A program made the translations under genes and the position numbers. A stretch of DNA of 64,000 nucleotides, taken from the NCBI GenBank assembly GCA_043228905.1, contig JBHGNT010000012.1, forward strand, positions 1,736,001 to 1,800,000, read 5' to 3'. Source of the stretch: Azolla caroliniana. Taxonomy: Eukaryota; Plantae; Polypodiophyta. Below are positions 12,341 through 24,592 of this stretch, piece after piece. How positions within the stretch are numbered: the first letter of the stretch is position 1; the number at the start of each line of letters is the position of its first letter. The notes beneath the pieces are model-generated. The model saw only the letters and a program-made list of their open reading frames with translations. It made no database searches and had not been told where the DNA came from.

Positions 12341-13449
12341 CTCCTTTTGTGTGGTTCTCCACTACCCGATCAAGGTGGTGATGCGTCGAGCTATATCATC
12401 GTTCATTTGTTTCTTCGCAACCTTCATGTTGAACATATCCATTTCACAATCACCCCACAGTTTTTTTACATGATTTGTAAACATATTCGTGGACGACATG
12501 ACATGCCTAAGTCAAAAGGATGACCTCTAACATTTCACTTATAGTTGTTGAGTATTCCACACATGCTACAAACACCCTACTCTTTTGCTAATTTGTAATT
12601 GTCTACGGGGGAGGTACTCATGTTTTTTTATCTATTGTTATATGATGAGCACATGCCCATGTTATAAATCACCCTAGACTTATTATTTGTGAAGAAATCT
12701 ACAATTGCATGTGCTTGTAACCAAAAATTCTGAAAACAAAACTACTAAGGAGTGGTTCGTTAAGAACCAATGGGTATGTGTCACAAGCATATATACAAAC
12801 CTCATAACTTAATTTCCTCATTCATATAAGCCAAATCCTACTTTGTGCATTGTGACTCACGAAACTCGTTGTCAAAGGAATGGGATAATGTCATTTGCAT
12901 ACATGCAAAGGGGTTCAATCGTTGTGGAAATTCAAACACTTGGCATCTTGGAATAATATTTATAACCTTAATTGTTTGAATATATGATATCATATATAGC
13001 ATCTAATAATGGCTATAGATAACCTAGAATATATACATGATTTTTATGAAATGTTGCTACCTCGCACAGGGTAATGCATGAGTGCAATCAAACAACATGC
13101 TGAAGTTGCAATCATGCATTGTTATGAGGTGACGAGCCTACCTACGTGTGTGCGAACCATGCAGTAAACATGTGCTTTAGTAGTGATGAATATTTTTGGC
13201 TCAATGTCAATCGTTGATGTATTCCTACAATCATGTTGTTCTTGTCATTCGTCTGCTAAAACATCATGGAATAAACCCGAAACTTAAAAAATGTGTTTCT
13301 AAGATAAGTAATAACGAGTTATTTTTGTTTAACCAAGCCATGCATTTGTCTTGTAATGAAGGTTATCCCATTTCCGGTCATTTAAATTGTTTTCAAATAT
13401 GTTTTTGTGAGGAATCGCTCTCGACCACAACCAAGTTCCAAACTCACTA

Positions 13450-13668
13450 TGGAAGAAATAGAGATAGAATGAGAAATAAAATATTGATACACTTACACAG
13501 TAATAAGTCGACACAATATGTTAACATGGAAAACCTCGAGAGGCAAAACCACAGGGAGTTTTCTGACTCCAAACAGGATCACTATAGGGAAGAGGTACTA
13601 CAATGCGAGTCTCAAAGGCAACAACCTCAAGCTCTGTGTCTCCCCAACCGGCAATTACAACAAAAAAG

Positions 13669-13704
<36 letters not shown>

Positions 13705-13870
13705 ATGTACAATGATAACAACTAACTAACAAAAAACTCTCTCTACCACTATCAACTATTATTGCCCTAGTTATATTTATACTTATATACCTTTAGGGCT
13801 ATTTACAAATATGACCTCAACAATCACATCGAAGCATATTTACTAATATGTCCCTACTTTTGTTCTCACC
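13450..13870 (-). mobile_element. Degenerate Copia-type LTR fragment (possible solo LTR)
   Basis: TGGAAAACCTCGAGAGGCAAAACCACAGGG resembles TGGAAAACCCCAATGTGGGGAAAAAACCATGGG in the LTR at ~18568, followed by a (CT)n(CA)n tract and TATA-like sequence. Termini and TSD not resolved. Confidence 0.4.
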
Positions 13871-15532
13871 GGATTTGGCCGGATACCTTCCAGATCCATC
13901 CGATTTGGTTCCCAGATATATCTTCTGGATCGTTCGATCCGCCTCGTCCGATTTCCATCCAAATGGACTGGTTTTCCAACAGTTTTGATAACTTGTCTGG
14001 TATTGGCATGAATTTTGATGATGAAATACTCACACGTTGGTTGTTTAACATCCTTTTTTTATTTGTGGGAAACTTTTCAAGTGTATTTGATATGTAAATG
14101 TAACTCCTAATAGAATTGGAACCACAAAATATGTGAAGGGTGGTGTGCTAAATGAAGAGGTGTGAAAACACAAGGGACATCATCACACTTAGGCTTCGGT
14201 CACTTTTCGCTATATTGGTATATGGGATTACTTGCCCCTTTTCACTTCTTTTTAAACAACCATGATTATAAAGAACCAATCTCAAAATTTTATGAAACCT
14301 TGCTTGAACTTTATCATGGCTTGCAGTCCATTTGAAAATAGAGGGAGAAGTAACATAAAGGTTAAGGTCAAAACAACAACGGAAGAAGTAAGATTAAGCC
14401 GAAATCTAGAACTTGTAAACACCGTGAAGGGCATAGAACTCAATTGTCATTCGTGTTTCTAGAACCATTACAATATACAATGTGATGCTCTTGACTGATG
14501 ACATAACATGTTACAGACTCAACTGAGAAGTACAACATCATCGACATGAATCAAATAATACTTTGAAACATCCAATGGTTGGTTGTTGCTCATGTTGAAC
14601 ATCCAATTGCTACAAATACGAGAGAGATATGAACACATGATGAAGGGTAACTAACCATTACAATTTGAAACTTCTTGAAGCATACTTTAAATGTCATCCA
14701 ATAGCTACACCAACGAGAGAGTAAATCACAGTCTTTGACAAAGGATACCATTACAATGTGAAAACAATGAAGCATATACTTTTCAACCTTGGCAAACTAG
14801 TTTCCCTAGGAATAAGCTATCAAAGCGATTAACGTTTGTCATTGATAAGACTAACTCATGCACATAATTCATTCATCGATGATACGCTCGTTTGTCATCA
14901 GAGTCATGGAATTATGCGAAATTATGTTAAGCAATGTACATAATGACATGAATACACAAATTACAAGCATACATATCTCGAACATTTGGGATAGACGAGT
15001 CTCGAGTCAAACAAATATAAAGAAAACATTAGCAAGAAAAAAATAAATAAATGTAGTTTAGATTAAGGCGTTTATAAAACCAATCCATATCATTATTATA
15101 ATTTAATAGTACAAAAGTATTAGAAATCGAATGACTTCAACTCATGTTGAAAGAAAGTATTGAGACTATATATATATATATTAAGTAGTCACAAATCAAA
15201 CGTTAATTCATAGTTATTGGGATATATTTCTCATGGAATGGAAGGAAAATACCAGTGGGCATTCTATAATTACTGTTGGGAAGCATGTCCGTCTGCAAGA
15301 TTTCCAGTTGCAGGGGATTGTGTTGATATGCAGAATCAGTGATTCTTAATTTTCATCGATGGAGGCAATGAGAGCTTGATGATATATGTACTGTCTGGGC
15401 ACAGGTGAGATTTCTCTAATTAAATCTTTACTGCTCGTGTAATCTAGATTTAAACTTATATGTTTGTAGCTTCTTTGATTGCTAATTATCATTTATTATT
15501 TATGTGTCTTTCATCTCGGTCTCTCCCTTTCC

Positions 15533-15568
<36 letters not shown>

Positions 15569-15798
15569 ACCTCTGAGACAGTTCTTGGGGTGACCCACAC
15601 CTTTCTTTCTAGACTCCAACTTATGTTGAATTGCTTTTTTCTTTTCAGGAAGCTATATCTTCTGCTTAATCTTAAGTTCCAACTCTAAATTTCCACTTAT
15701 GTTGCAACTGATGTCTCTACCCTTACGGATTGTTCTCGACTTCTTGTCTTGAGCTCCTGGATTTTTACTACTTTTCTTCTCTAGTCTTTTTTATCTGA

Positions 15799-16152
15799 CA
15801 TTGGTATCATATATTAGGCGCGGTGATACCATTGGTCTCATAGATCACATAGGTCTTTTTTGTAGATGTTCACAAGACGTTTGATTTCATTTCAATTTGC
15901 GAGGCCAGATTATTCTGATCTTATATCAGGTGTGGTGATAACTATGGTCTCATAGATCACATTGGACTTCTTGTGGATGTTCACAAAACTTTTGATTCAT
16001 TGGTATCATATGTCAAGCGTGGTGTGGTGATATCTCTGGTGTCATAGATCACATTGGACTTTTTGTGGATGTTCACAAAACCTTTGATTTCAATTGCGTG
16101 GTCATAACTCTGGTCTCATAGATCACATTGGACAGATTATTCTGATCTTATA
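15799..16152 (+). repeat. Mosaic tandem repeat (4 imperfect units)
   Basis: GGTCTCATAGATCACAT-like core at ~15834, 15946, 16038 and 16112. Three of the four are followed by TTGT(A/G)GATGTTCACAA..TTTGATT. Confidence 0.8.
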
Positions 16153-16459
16153 AATATATTTACATGCACAAATGATGTATGTATGTGTGTATGCATGTAT
16201 ACATATGCATATGCATTTGTGACTCTTGTATGTGTGTATATACACACACACATATCAATTACATGTATATGAACTTATTTCTGATAGAAATTTCTCGGTA
16301 AAGTTTCATGTTTTGCTAAAAAATTTAGTATTATATTTTGTGTAATTACCACATAACTGCAAGCCAAAAGAAATGACGCGAGAATGCCATTGTTGTGAAG
16401 AGTTTTGAAAAGGAGCAAGAGGACACTACTGATCTAAAGCCTCAAAAGATGTTTAATGT

Positions 16460-19187
16460 TGTTGAGTGTTTCCCCAACAAAAGTGGTATCAGAGCTTGGT
16501 TTCTTGTTGTGTGATTCTTGTGTTGTATGAAAATGGATGATAAACTTGGAATGCCCGGTACGGTTAGTTTAAATGCTACTAATTACACCACTTGGAAAAA
16601 CCCGTGTGGAAGATATCCTTTATGTGAAGGATTTGTATGAGACTATTCCAGCGGGTGTCGTTGCTAAAGAATGAGAAATCTTGAACCGAAAGGTTGTTGG
16701 TACAATTAGACAATTTGTGGACTTGGGTGTGCGTCAACATATTGCCAATGAACACAATGTCGTCAAACTTTGGAAGAAGCTAAGTGATATGTATCAACGG
16801 AAAAATGTCATGAGTAAAGCCTCCTCGATGAGGAAACTTGTGAAGTTAAGAGTACAAAGATGGTGTGGGTACCAACTTGCTTAAAGCATTCTTCAAACTG
16901 ACAATCCTCTTGGTGTTAGAACCAACAATCAACCATATCATCCAAATATAGAAGGAGAATCAAGAAATCACCCTCAGGGTAATTCTTCACAAACACACAA
17001 TGATCCGCTCGTGTTTTGTGAAAACCATGATCAACCATGAATGACTCAAATTTCTTGTACCACTACCGAGGCACTTGTTTCAAGCCATACAAGCTATTTT
17101 TGAATCTGCACACAAGTTTCTCCTTACCCTTAACCTGAAAACCTTCAAGTTGTAACATGTAGATCTCCTCCTCCAAATCACCATGAAGGAATGCAGTCTT
17201 TACATCAAGTTGTTCAATCTCCAAGTCCATACTCGCAGCCAAACCGAGAACAACGTTGATTGAAGACATCTTCACAACTGGAGAAAAAATCTCATCAAAG
17301 TCAATGCCTTTCTTCTGATTGAAGCCTTTCGCCACTAATCTTGCCTTGTACCGTGGTGACGATCTGTCATTTCCCATCAACACCTGACCAAAATCGCCAC
17401 TAGTGTAGGAAGAGAAGTAATCTAGGCATGGAGTGAGATGATATGAAGCACCCAAGTCATTCACTCAAATACAGTCATCACAAGCAAGGTTTAGACTACC
17501 CTGCTAGTGCTCACCAATGAAGCATACATCATCACTACTAATTGCAAGTGCTAAAGTACCTTTTTCATTTGACAGTTGTTGCCCAAAAGTTGAAGTCTCA
17601 TTCATTTCTTTCCTCTATTGGCATTTATCTCTTTTCTTTTTCCTGCAGAATTTTTGAATATGTCCCGGATTGTTGTAATAATGACATATAATCTTGCCCT
17701 TGGACTTTGATTTCGATCTCTCCCTGGACTTGTCTCTGTTATGTGAGGAATCTTTGTTTTTAGCTCTTCCTCTCCTGGAATCAAGAACGACATTGGCCTC
17801 AGAGTGGTTGCAACCACTCGAGTCTTTTTTTCTTGCCTCCTCATTCAACAAGGTAGCTTTGACCATATCCATACACAATTTTCCTTCAGGAGCAGAATTA
17901 CTAAGTGACAAAACAAGAGTATCCCAACTTTCCGGTAGAGAGTTAAGTAGCAACAAAGTCTGCGACTCATCATCAAGTGACAAATGAACCCTTGAAAATT
18001 GGTTAATCAACCCATGAAAATCATTCAAATGAACTACCATGCTCCCACCATCTTTGTACTCTTAACTTCACGAGTTTCCTCATCAAGGAGGCTTTACTCA
18101 TGGCACTTTTTCGCTGATGCATATCACTTAGCTTCTTCCAAAGTTTGAAGGCATTGTGTTCATTGACAATATGTTGACGCACACTCAAGTCCACAAATTG
18201 TCTAATTGTACCAATGGCCTTTTGGTTTAAGATTTCCCATTCTTTAGCAACACCACCCGTTGGAATAGTTTCACTTAAAATAGGCTCATACAAATCCTTT
18301 GCATAAAGGATATCCTTGATATGGGTTTTCCAAGTAGTGTAATTGGTAGCATTTAAACTAACCACACCGGACATGCCAAGTTTATCATCTATTTTCATAC
18401 AACACAAGAATTACACAAGAAGCAACCAAGCTCTAATACCATTTTTGTTGGGGAAACACTCAACAATACAACAATAACGACAGGAAACTAATCTGGATAG
18501 CAGCTACACAAGAAATTCCACACCCAAACACAACCAAATAAATGATCAAGGAGACACGAGATTTACGTGGAAAACCCCAATGTGGGGAAAAAACCATGGG
18601 ACCGTTCATAATGGCACCAAAACTCCACTAATCAACACAACAAGTTTTCATCTCTAGCTCAAACTAGAGGCTTTACCATCTTTAAGGTAACCCATTGTAT
18701 CAACAAGTCTTCACAAATCATCACATATAGTGACAAAATACACAAATTCATAGATTCTAATTTGGGCAGAATTTATGAAGATAGAGAAGTCAAACAATAA
18801 TCCAACCATTGGATTTGAAGAAGAGAGTGTCAGGAACAACATACTAAAATTTGGCGACGATCGGAGGTTGTTTGGTTGTCAATCGGGGCTGGAACAGTAG
18901 TTGACCGCTGTTACTTCTCTCTCTCTCTCTTGCTGCAGACATGGGGGAAATCTGTTGGGTGTGCATGATACCTTCCAATTATTTCCTTCGCACAAACAAA
19001 AGATGCAGCGAAAGAGTAAAATAAATCACTCGTTCCTTTGACTTCGGAGAATTAGGGTTTTTTTTAAAAACATAATTTAGACCCATTACAACATTCACAT
19101 CCACATATTATTAATGTGGGTAAACAAAGCATAGAACCAAATAAATATTTGGACCTCTTCCTCCATGTAGGAGGGAACAACCCAACA
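16460..19187 (-). mobile_element. Rearranged, internally deleted Ty1/Copia element with inverted terminal gag duplication
   Basis: Minus strand: LTR 19187-18446 (TGTTG..CAACA), tRNA-Met PBS TGGTATTAGAGC (18441-18430), frameshifted gag (18407-17615) with decayed knuckle CHYYNNPGHIQKFC, and protease remnant DLGASYH fused to RT (YKARLVAKG, QLDVKTAFLHG, SLYGLKQ). A plus-strand copy of LTR end + PBS + gag lies at 16460-16865. AATGT flanks both ends (16455-16459, 19188-19192). Confidence 0.9.
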
Positions 19188-20193
19188 AATGTACCTACAA
19201 TACCAGCTCTCCTTGCAGTTGGTTTATTCATGGCTTTATGGCAGTCACAATTTTGTCTTGATTACTGTATCAGATCCTTATTCCCATTGTATAAAAAACA
19301 TCTCACTGGCTGAGCGTAAAACTTTATGGGGGAAAACCCTGACATACCTCTTAGTTTTCCTTCACCCTGAAATAATTCTCCTATGTTTTTTCATTATTTA
19401 CCCAGATGCACTTGGCTGAAAGAGAAGTTGTATGTGCCATTTGGCAAGTATATGGTAGATTAATCCCCTTTCTCATTTTTACATGTACTAATTGAGTACC
19501 CACTTTGTATTTGAAGACCAGCTTGGTGCAATGTTTTGTTGAAGAATGTCATCAATGTAGTTTCTGCTTTCTTCAGGTTTATGAGCTCAAACCGGTTGAG
19601 GAGAAGAACTTTGAAGCTAAAATAACTGATGTTTTCATTATGGTTACACCATCAAATCCAAAATAGATGGAAAGCCGTTATGTGGTTTGTTATTCTCCAA
19701 TAAACCAGGATTTGATAAGGCTGTTCATGCCTACTTTCTAAGTCAGTCCTTCTTACTATGACTTTTTTCTGTTCTGTTCTGTATGTGCATATAATTCCTG
19801 TGTTCTTACTATTTAGTACATCCTTTATGGAACTGGAGTCACATTGGAGTGACAATGCCTGTCAAGATTGAGAGGGAAGGTGAAATGGAGTTAAATTTTC
19901 AGCAAAACAAAACCATGATGAATCAAATGACACGTTTTTGAAATGCTAGTTAACTATACCATAGTTCCCACAATGCTGCTCAACTGTAACAAATTCCCAA
20001 AATCCTACACATATTGGGAATTTGGTAAAGTTGAGTGCCATTTAATAGATACGTCTGTGATAGGCTGATAATAAAGCTTGCATTTGCCTATTTGTATAGG
20101 AGCACATCTGAAAAAAAAAGGATCCCTTTCCCCACCAGATATTTTAATCCTCATCATTAGCAGTTGTTACCTCATTCTCACCATTGTCAAAAA

Positions 20194-20549
20194 ATGGCAC
20201 CTTTAAGTGCTCCTCCAAACGTTTTACAACGGGATCCAAGGTACTATAGGGGGCCTGGTTATGGTCTTCCATCGGATGGTTCTTCACACCAACAATCTAT
20301 TGGACAAGAGGACATTTGTCCCCCTCATCCTATGACTGCTAGTATGCAAGGTATGTTGTATTTTCAGATTATATTTGAGAAATCTCAGTTATAATGGATG
20401 CTTGAGTGACTAATATTATCAAACTCCTATGTGCTTAGGCATGCAACATTCGAGAGAGGAAATCAATGAACAATAATTGTGAAGGCCCATTTCTATTTTA
20501 TTTTGCAGGAAGCTTGAACTCTGTAGAATATCATATTAAAGTTGTATGA
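20194..20549 (+). CDS. Candidate small spliced ORF of unknown function (~65 aa) or pseudogene exons
   Basis: Acceptor TAGCAG before 20164, ATG at 20194, donor CAAG|GTATGT after 20350, acceptor TTTTGCAG| before 20509, TGA ending at 20549. No recognisable domain. Confidence 0.3.
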
Positions 20550-20950
20550 AATGATCTTTATAAATTACAAGTTTAGCCTCATTACTCACTCTTATATGTT
20601 GTTTGTATCTTTGTATTATTGTGAACTTGTGGTCATGGACATTGGATAGCATAGTTTTTACCTCATCATATTATGCTATGGACACATGTTGTGATTCCTG
20701 GGGATTTCCTTTCAGGAGATGTAGCCACTTGTGAACCATTCATCAAGAGTGGGGCTATGAGTAGATTATGATGTTTTTAGGGAGATCCAAAGTAATATAT
20801 ATGATGTGCTACTTGGCTTCTGTTGATGCCTGTATCATCCTGAAATCTTCTTCCAATTGATTGATGGTTCAAGGTTGAACATTTTCACCTGAGATTATTC
20901 CAGGATGGTGATTAATTTGAGCACTCTGTTCTAGATAACTGGCTTAGAAT

Positions 20951-21299
20951 TATAGTTGTTAAAAAACGTGTAGACTACGTTTTAGAATACTCTGAAGTAT
21001 TCTACACGTATTCTATGATTTAGAACTGTCATTTTTCGAATTTTCACGTATTCCACGTATTCTAAAAATTTGATATATTCTATGTATTTAACAAGTATTT
21101 ATCATTTCAAACAAGTTTAAATGTTTTTTTTTAAAAAACACTTTTAATTTTAAGAAGTATTTAATGTATTTTACAAAGTATTCTACACGTATTCTAAGTA
21201 TTTAACGTATTTTCTCTATAAATTACCTATTTTAAGTATTTTAAAAAAAAGTTGGAATACTTAGAATAAGTATTGTATGCTAAGTATTCTACAACAATG
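20951..21299. mobile_element. Non-autonomous DNA transposon (MITE; hAT- or Mutator-like)
   Basis: Imperfect TIRs TATAGTTGT.. / ..ACAACAATG, flanked by near-identical GCTTAGAAT / GCTTAGACAT, with many internal ACGTATTCT/AAGTATT repeats. Confidence 0.6.
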
Positions 21300-21479
21300 G
21301 CTTAGACATTATCCTATTTAGTTAAGCTCAACACATCCTTGGCAAGAGTAAATTGTTGTTTTTTTCTTTTGTGGAGTGTATTGCACAGTTATGCTAACAA
21401 TTCAAGCTGAATTGAGCATGAAGTGAACGCACAACTCAGATTTTCTTTAGGATCATTAGCATCCCTAAAATGCGGTCAT

Positions 21480-22200
21480 GGTAACTTTTAAATTTTGTAT
21501 AGGTGTGCAAGAGAGAATGTAGATGTCGGTTGTTTAAGTTTTGACATGGAAGAATTTACGATAGTCAATCGTTATGAGAAGCGTTAATTGTCAAACCGTT
21601 ACTTAGATGCCACACGAGTCTTCCTTATTGGGATTCCTAAGTTCAAATATGTGAATCTGATGTTTAGAGAGGTAGAGTTTGTGGCTTTTAAAAATTTGAG
21701 GTTGTGAGTTCATTAGGCTTGACAATGTGTTAATAATTATTTGCACAAAGAAATGGCTTTGTGTTATGGAAGTCGACATGAGGAATGCTTTTAAGATGAG
21801 CTAATGGTCCTAAAACTCTAGGTGGTTTTGCGAGATTAGCCTAAGAAAAAGAGTAAAATGAGTCGATCATCCATTTTGTTGTCGACCCTATTGGTTGAAA
21901 AGTGTAAGGTATGTACTTCTTGTTTAGATCAGTTCGTAGGGATCATGGTGATGTGAGTCAAACCATGCATTCGGTCTTATTGTGGGGAGTCCATAGGTCT
22001 TGCTATTTTGGGTAGTCTACAGATATTGATAAGTTCTTGCATTTGTACTTTTAGTCTACTATGAGTAATGTGAAAGACCATCTTTTGTTCCACTTTTTTA
22101 TGTGGAGAAGGTATGAATAATTGGCATAATTGCACCTATAATTTTGCTTGATTTGAAAGTTCCCTAACAATAGGAAATAGTTATCCCAACATAAATCCGT
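21480..22200 (+). mobile_element. Highly decayed LINE reverse-transcriptase remnant
   Basis: Fragmentary peptides CLSFDMEE and MEVDMRNAF resemble the LINE RT LxxDxxKAFD motif, among many stops. Confidence 0.35.
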
Positions 22201-22836
22201 GTGTATTAAGAATTTGTGTTAATGCCTACAGGGATCGAGTGCCCTGGTTTATGTAGTGTACTAGTAGGTAGAACACCATTGAAGAATGGAACACAATTAG
22301 GTATTAATGATTGGGACTGAATTTCCCTTGGAAGGGAGGTGTGGTAACTTCTCCATATCCCATGAATCATGGAGACATTTTGATATGAATCTTCCTACTA
22401 TATTGGTGGGGTAGCCATCTTTATTTCCATGGTCCCAACACAAATTTGGCATGGGTAGAACGTTGCAAACTTTGTATTCATATAGAACAATCATTACGGT
22501 ATCCATAAGTCAGGATCCCAAGTTGCATCACCTTTCGCCAACAAAGTGAATGCAAGGATAGTGGCTACCGATAAGAAGAAGAAGAATCTAGTGACTTTGT
22601 TGTGCATGAGAGCATATGAGCATATGGGTGAACCGAACCATGTACGTGCACTACTATACATGCATATTATTGTTGATCCCCAGGCTACAAAGCTTGGGAA
22701 CCCTCATGAGTCCACAGACCAAGTGACTAGAAGCACGAAGACAATAGATAAGGGCAGTACTGAAGTGAGCAACCCGTCATGCATAAGGTTTAGAGCATGT
22801 AGACAAGCGATGGCCATCATTGAGGTGGGTGGTGTG

Positions 22837-23095
22837 TAGGGATTCAACAACGGTTCGAGTTTGGCTTAACCGGTTTGCGAATTTCCAAACTTGAACCAAA
22901 CCGGTTCCTAAACTGGTTAAGGCTATAACCAGTTTGGCCAAGTCGGTTAAGCCAAAACTAGTTTAGCGAAGCCGATTAAGCCAAAACTGGTTTGGCCGAA
23001 ATCGGCTCGAGCCATCCCAAACGGAGTTCAAATCGGTTAAGGAAGCTCAAGCCCAGACCGAACCGAACCGCTGAACCGTTTAAAAATGGTTTAGT
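22837..23095. mobile_element. Partial hAT-like MITE end
   Basis: Starts TAGGGATTCAA and is packed with AACCG/CGGTT subterminal repeats. No partner TIR found. Confidence 0.5.
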
Positions 23096-23739
23096 ATCGA
23101 TAACAATAAGAAGAATATACATATGTATATACTATACAGTACAAATATGTATGTAATGAAATTCAGGGTTTGATTTTATTTTTCCCTCCACAAATCTTTC
23201 CATACATACATATCTCTCTGTCTGCCCTGCACTTCCATTCTATCTACAACACCTTCTTCATCCTTTTTTTTGTTGGGCGATTTTTAATCCTTCCTCTCTC
23301 GCCATTTGCTGCTGTCTCTCTCTCTCTCTCTCTCTCTGTTTCCCCAATCTCCCTGCTTCAGATCTATTTCTTGGTTAGGGTTTCTCATTTTGCCTCTTAA
23401 GAAAGGTCAGAGCTTTAGTGTCACAATTTTTATTTTTTGAGTCTTCTCCTCTGTTATCACAGCTGGGTTTGTAGTCATTACTTAGGCCTTTCTAGCAATA
23501 TTTTTGGCAGGAATTAGGATTTCGTCGAGCTCTCAAACAAACCTTTTTTTTTTTACGGTTTCATTTTTTTCTTTTTCTTTCTTTGGCATGAAATTAAGAT
23601 TCAGTTTTTTTAGGGGCTCCATTTGGCAAAAAGCAGAATATCCTGGAATTTTGAAATTAGGGTTTTAGTTTTAATTTCAAAGTAAAGGCTCTACAAGCTT
23701 AGAAGCAACAGATTAAAAGCGTCAGAAGGCAGGGATTCT

Positions 23740-24549
23740 ATGGAGAATCATATGGACACAAAAGAGGAGGCCAATTTGGGCTGGGACGATTTTCCCTGCT
23801 CTTCTTCATCACCACCCGATAGATATGTTTCTTCATGGAGACCATGGGGTGATAACAATAGGTTTTGTTCGGGCGGTGATCTTTCACACTGCGTGGATTC
23901 TGTTACAGATGGGTGGACAGAGTTCAACCCTTGTTCTAATGGAGAGCTTGAGGAGTCTTTCGAAGAGAACGAATCAGATCACAAGGTTTCTTTTCTCTTC
24001 CTTTGAATCTCAAAGTGTTTTGCTATGTGAAATGTTAGAGTTATCGGTTTTTACGAAAACTGAGATAATTGCATGTGAAATATTAGGGCTATCTTTTTTT
24101 TTGTATAAAATGATCTGCGTTTTTATCTGAAAAACTAGATTTACTTATTTGGATGTTTAGGATTTTTTGTTACTTTTATATAGAATATCAGGGTCTCTTA
24201 TGTGGATTATTAGGGGTTCCTAGTGTTTTTGTATGGGTTTATTTGTGGAATATCCTCGTATTTTAAGGTTTTGTTGTTTCATATGTGGATTTTATGTAAT
24301 TTTTATGGGGTTATAGGTTTCTTTTGTGGAGTCAGAATTTCATCAGAGTCTCTTATTATCTTCTATGGCATACTTTGGGTCTCCTATTGTCATATGGAAA
24401 ATTTATATTTCTTCTTTTGGTCCTGGTTCCGGTGTTTACATAGTATATGTGATGGTGAGCCTAATTGATTCTCATAGAAAGTTTAAAGATTTTTCACGTT
24501 TTGTGTAGTTTGAAATTTTCTTTCTTTTATCGAATGGTAGGGTTTCTGC

Positions 24550-24592
<43 letters not shown>

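Noticed and set aside
14440-14800. hAT transposase remnant (SRWCS-like peptide, repeated ACCATTACAAT)
   Set aside because: Too short and degenerate to support a call.
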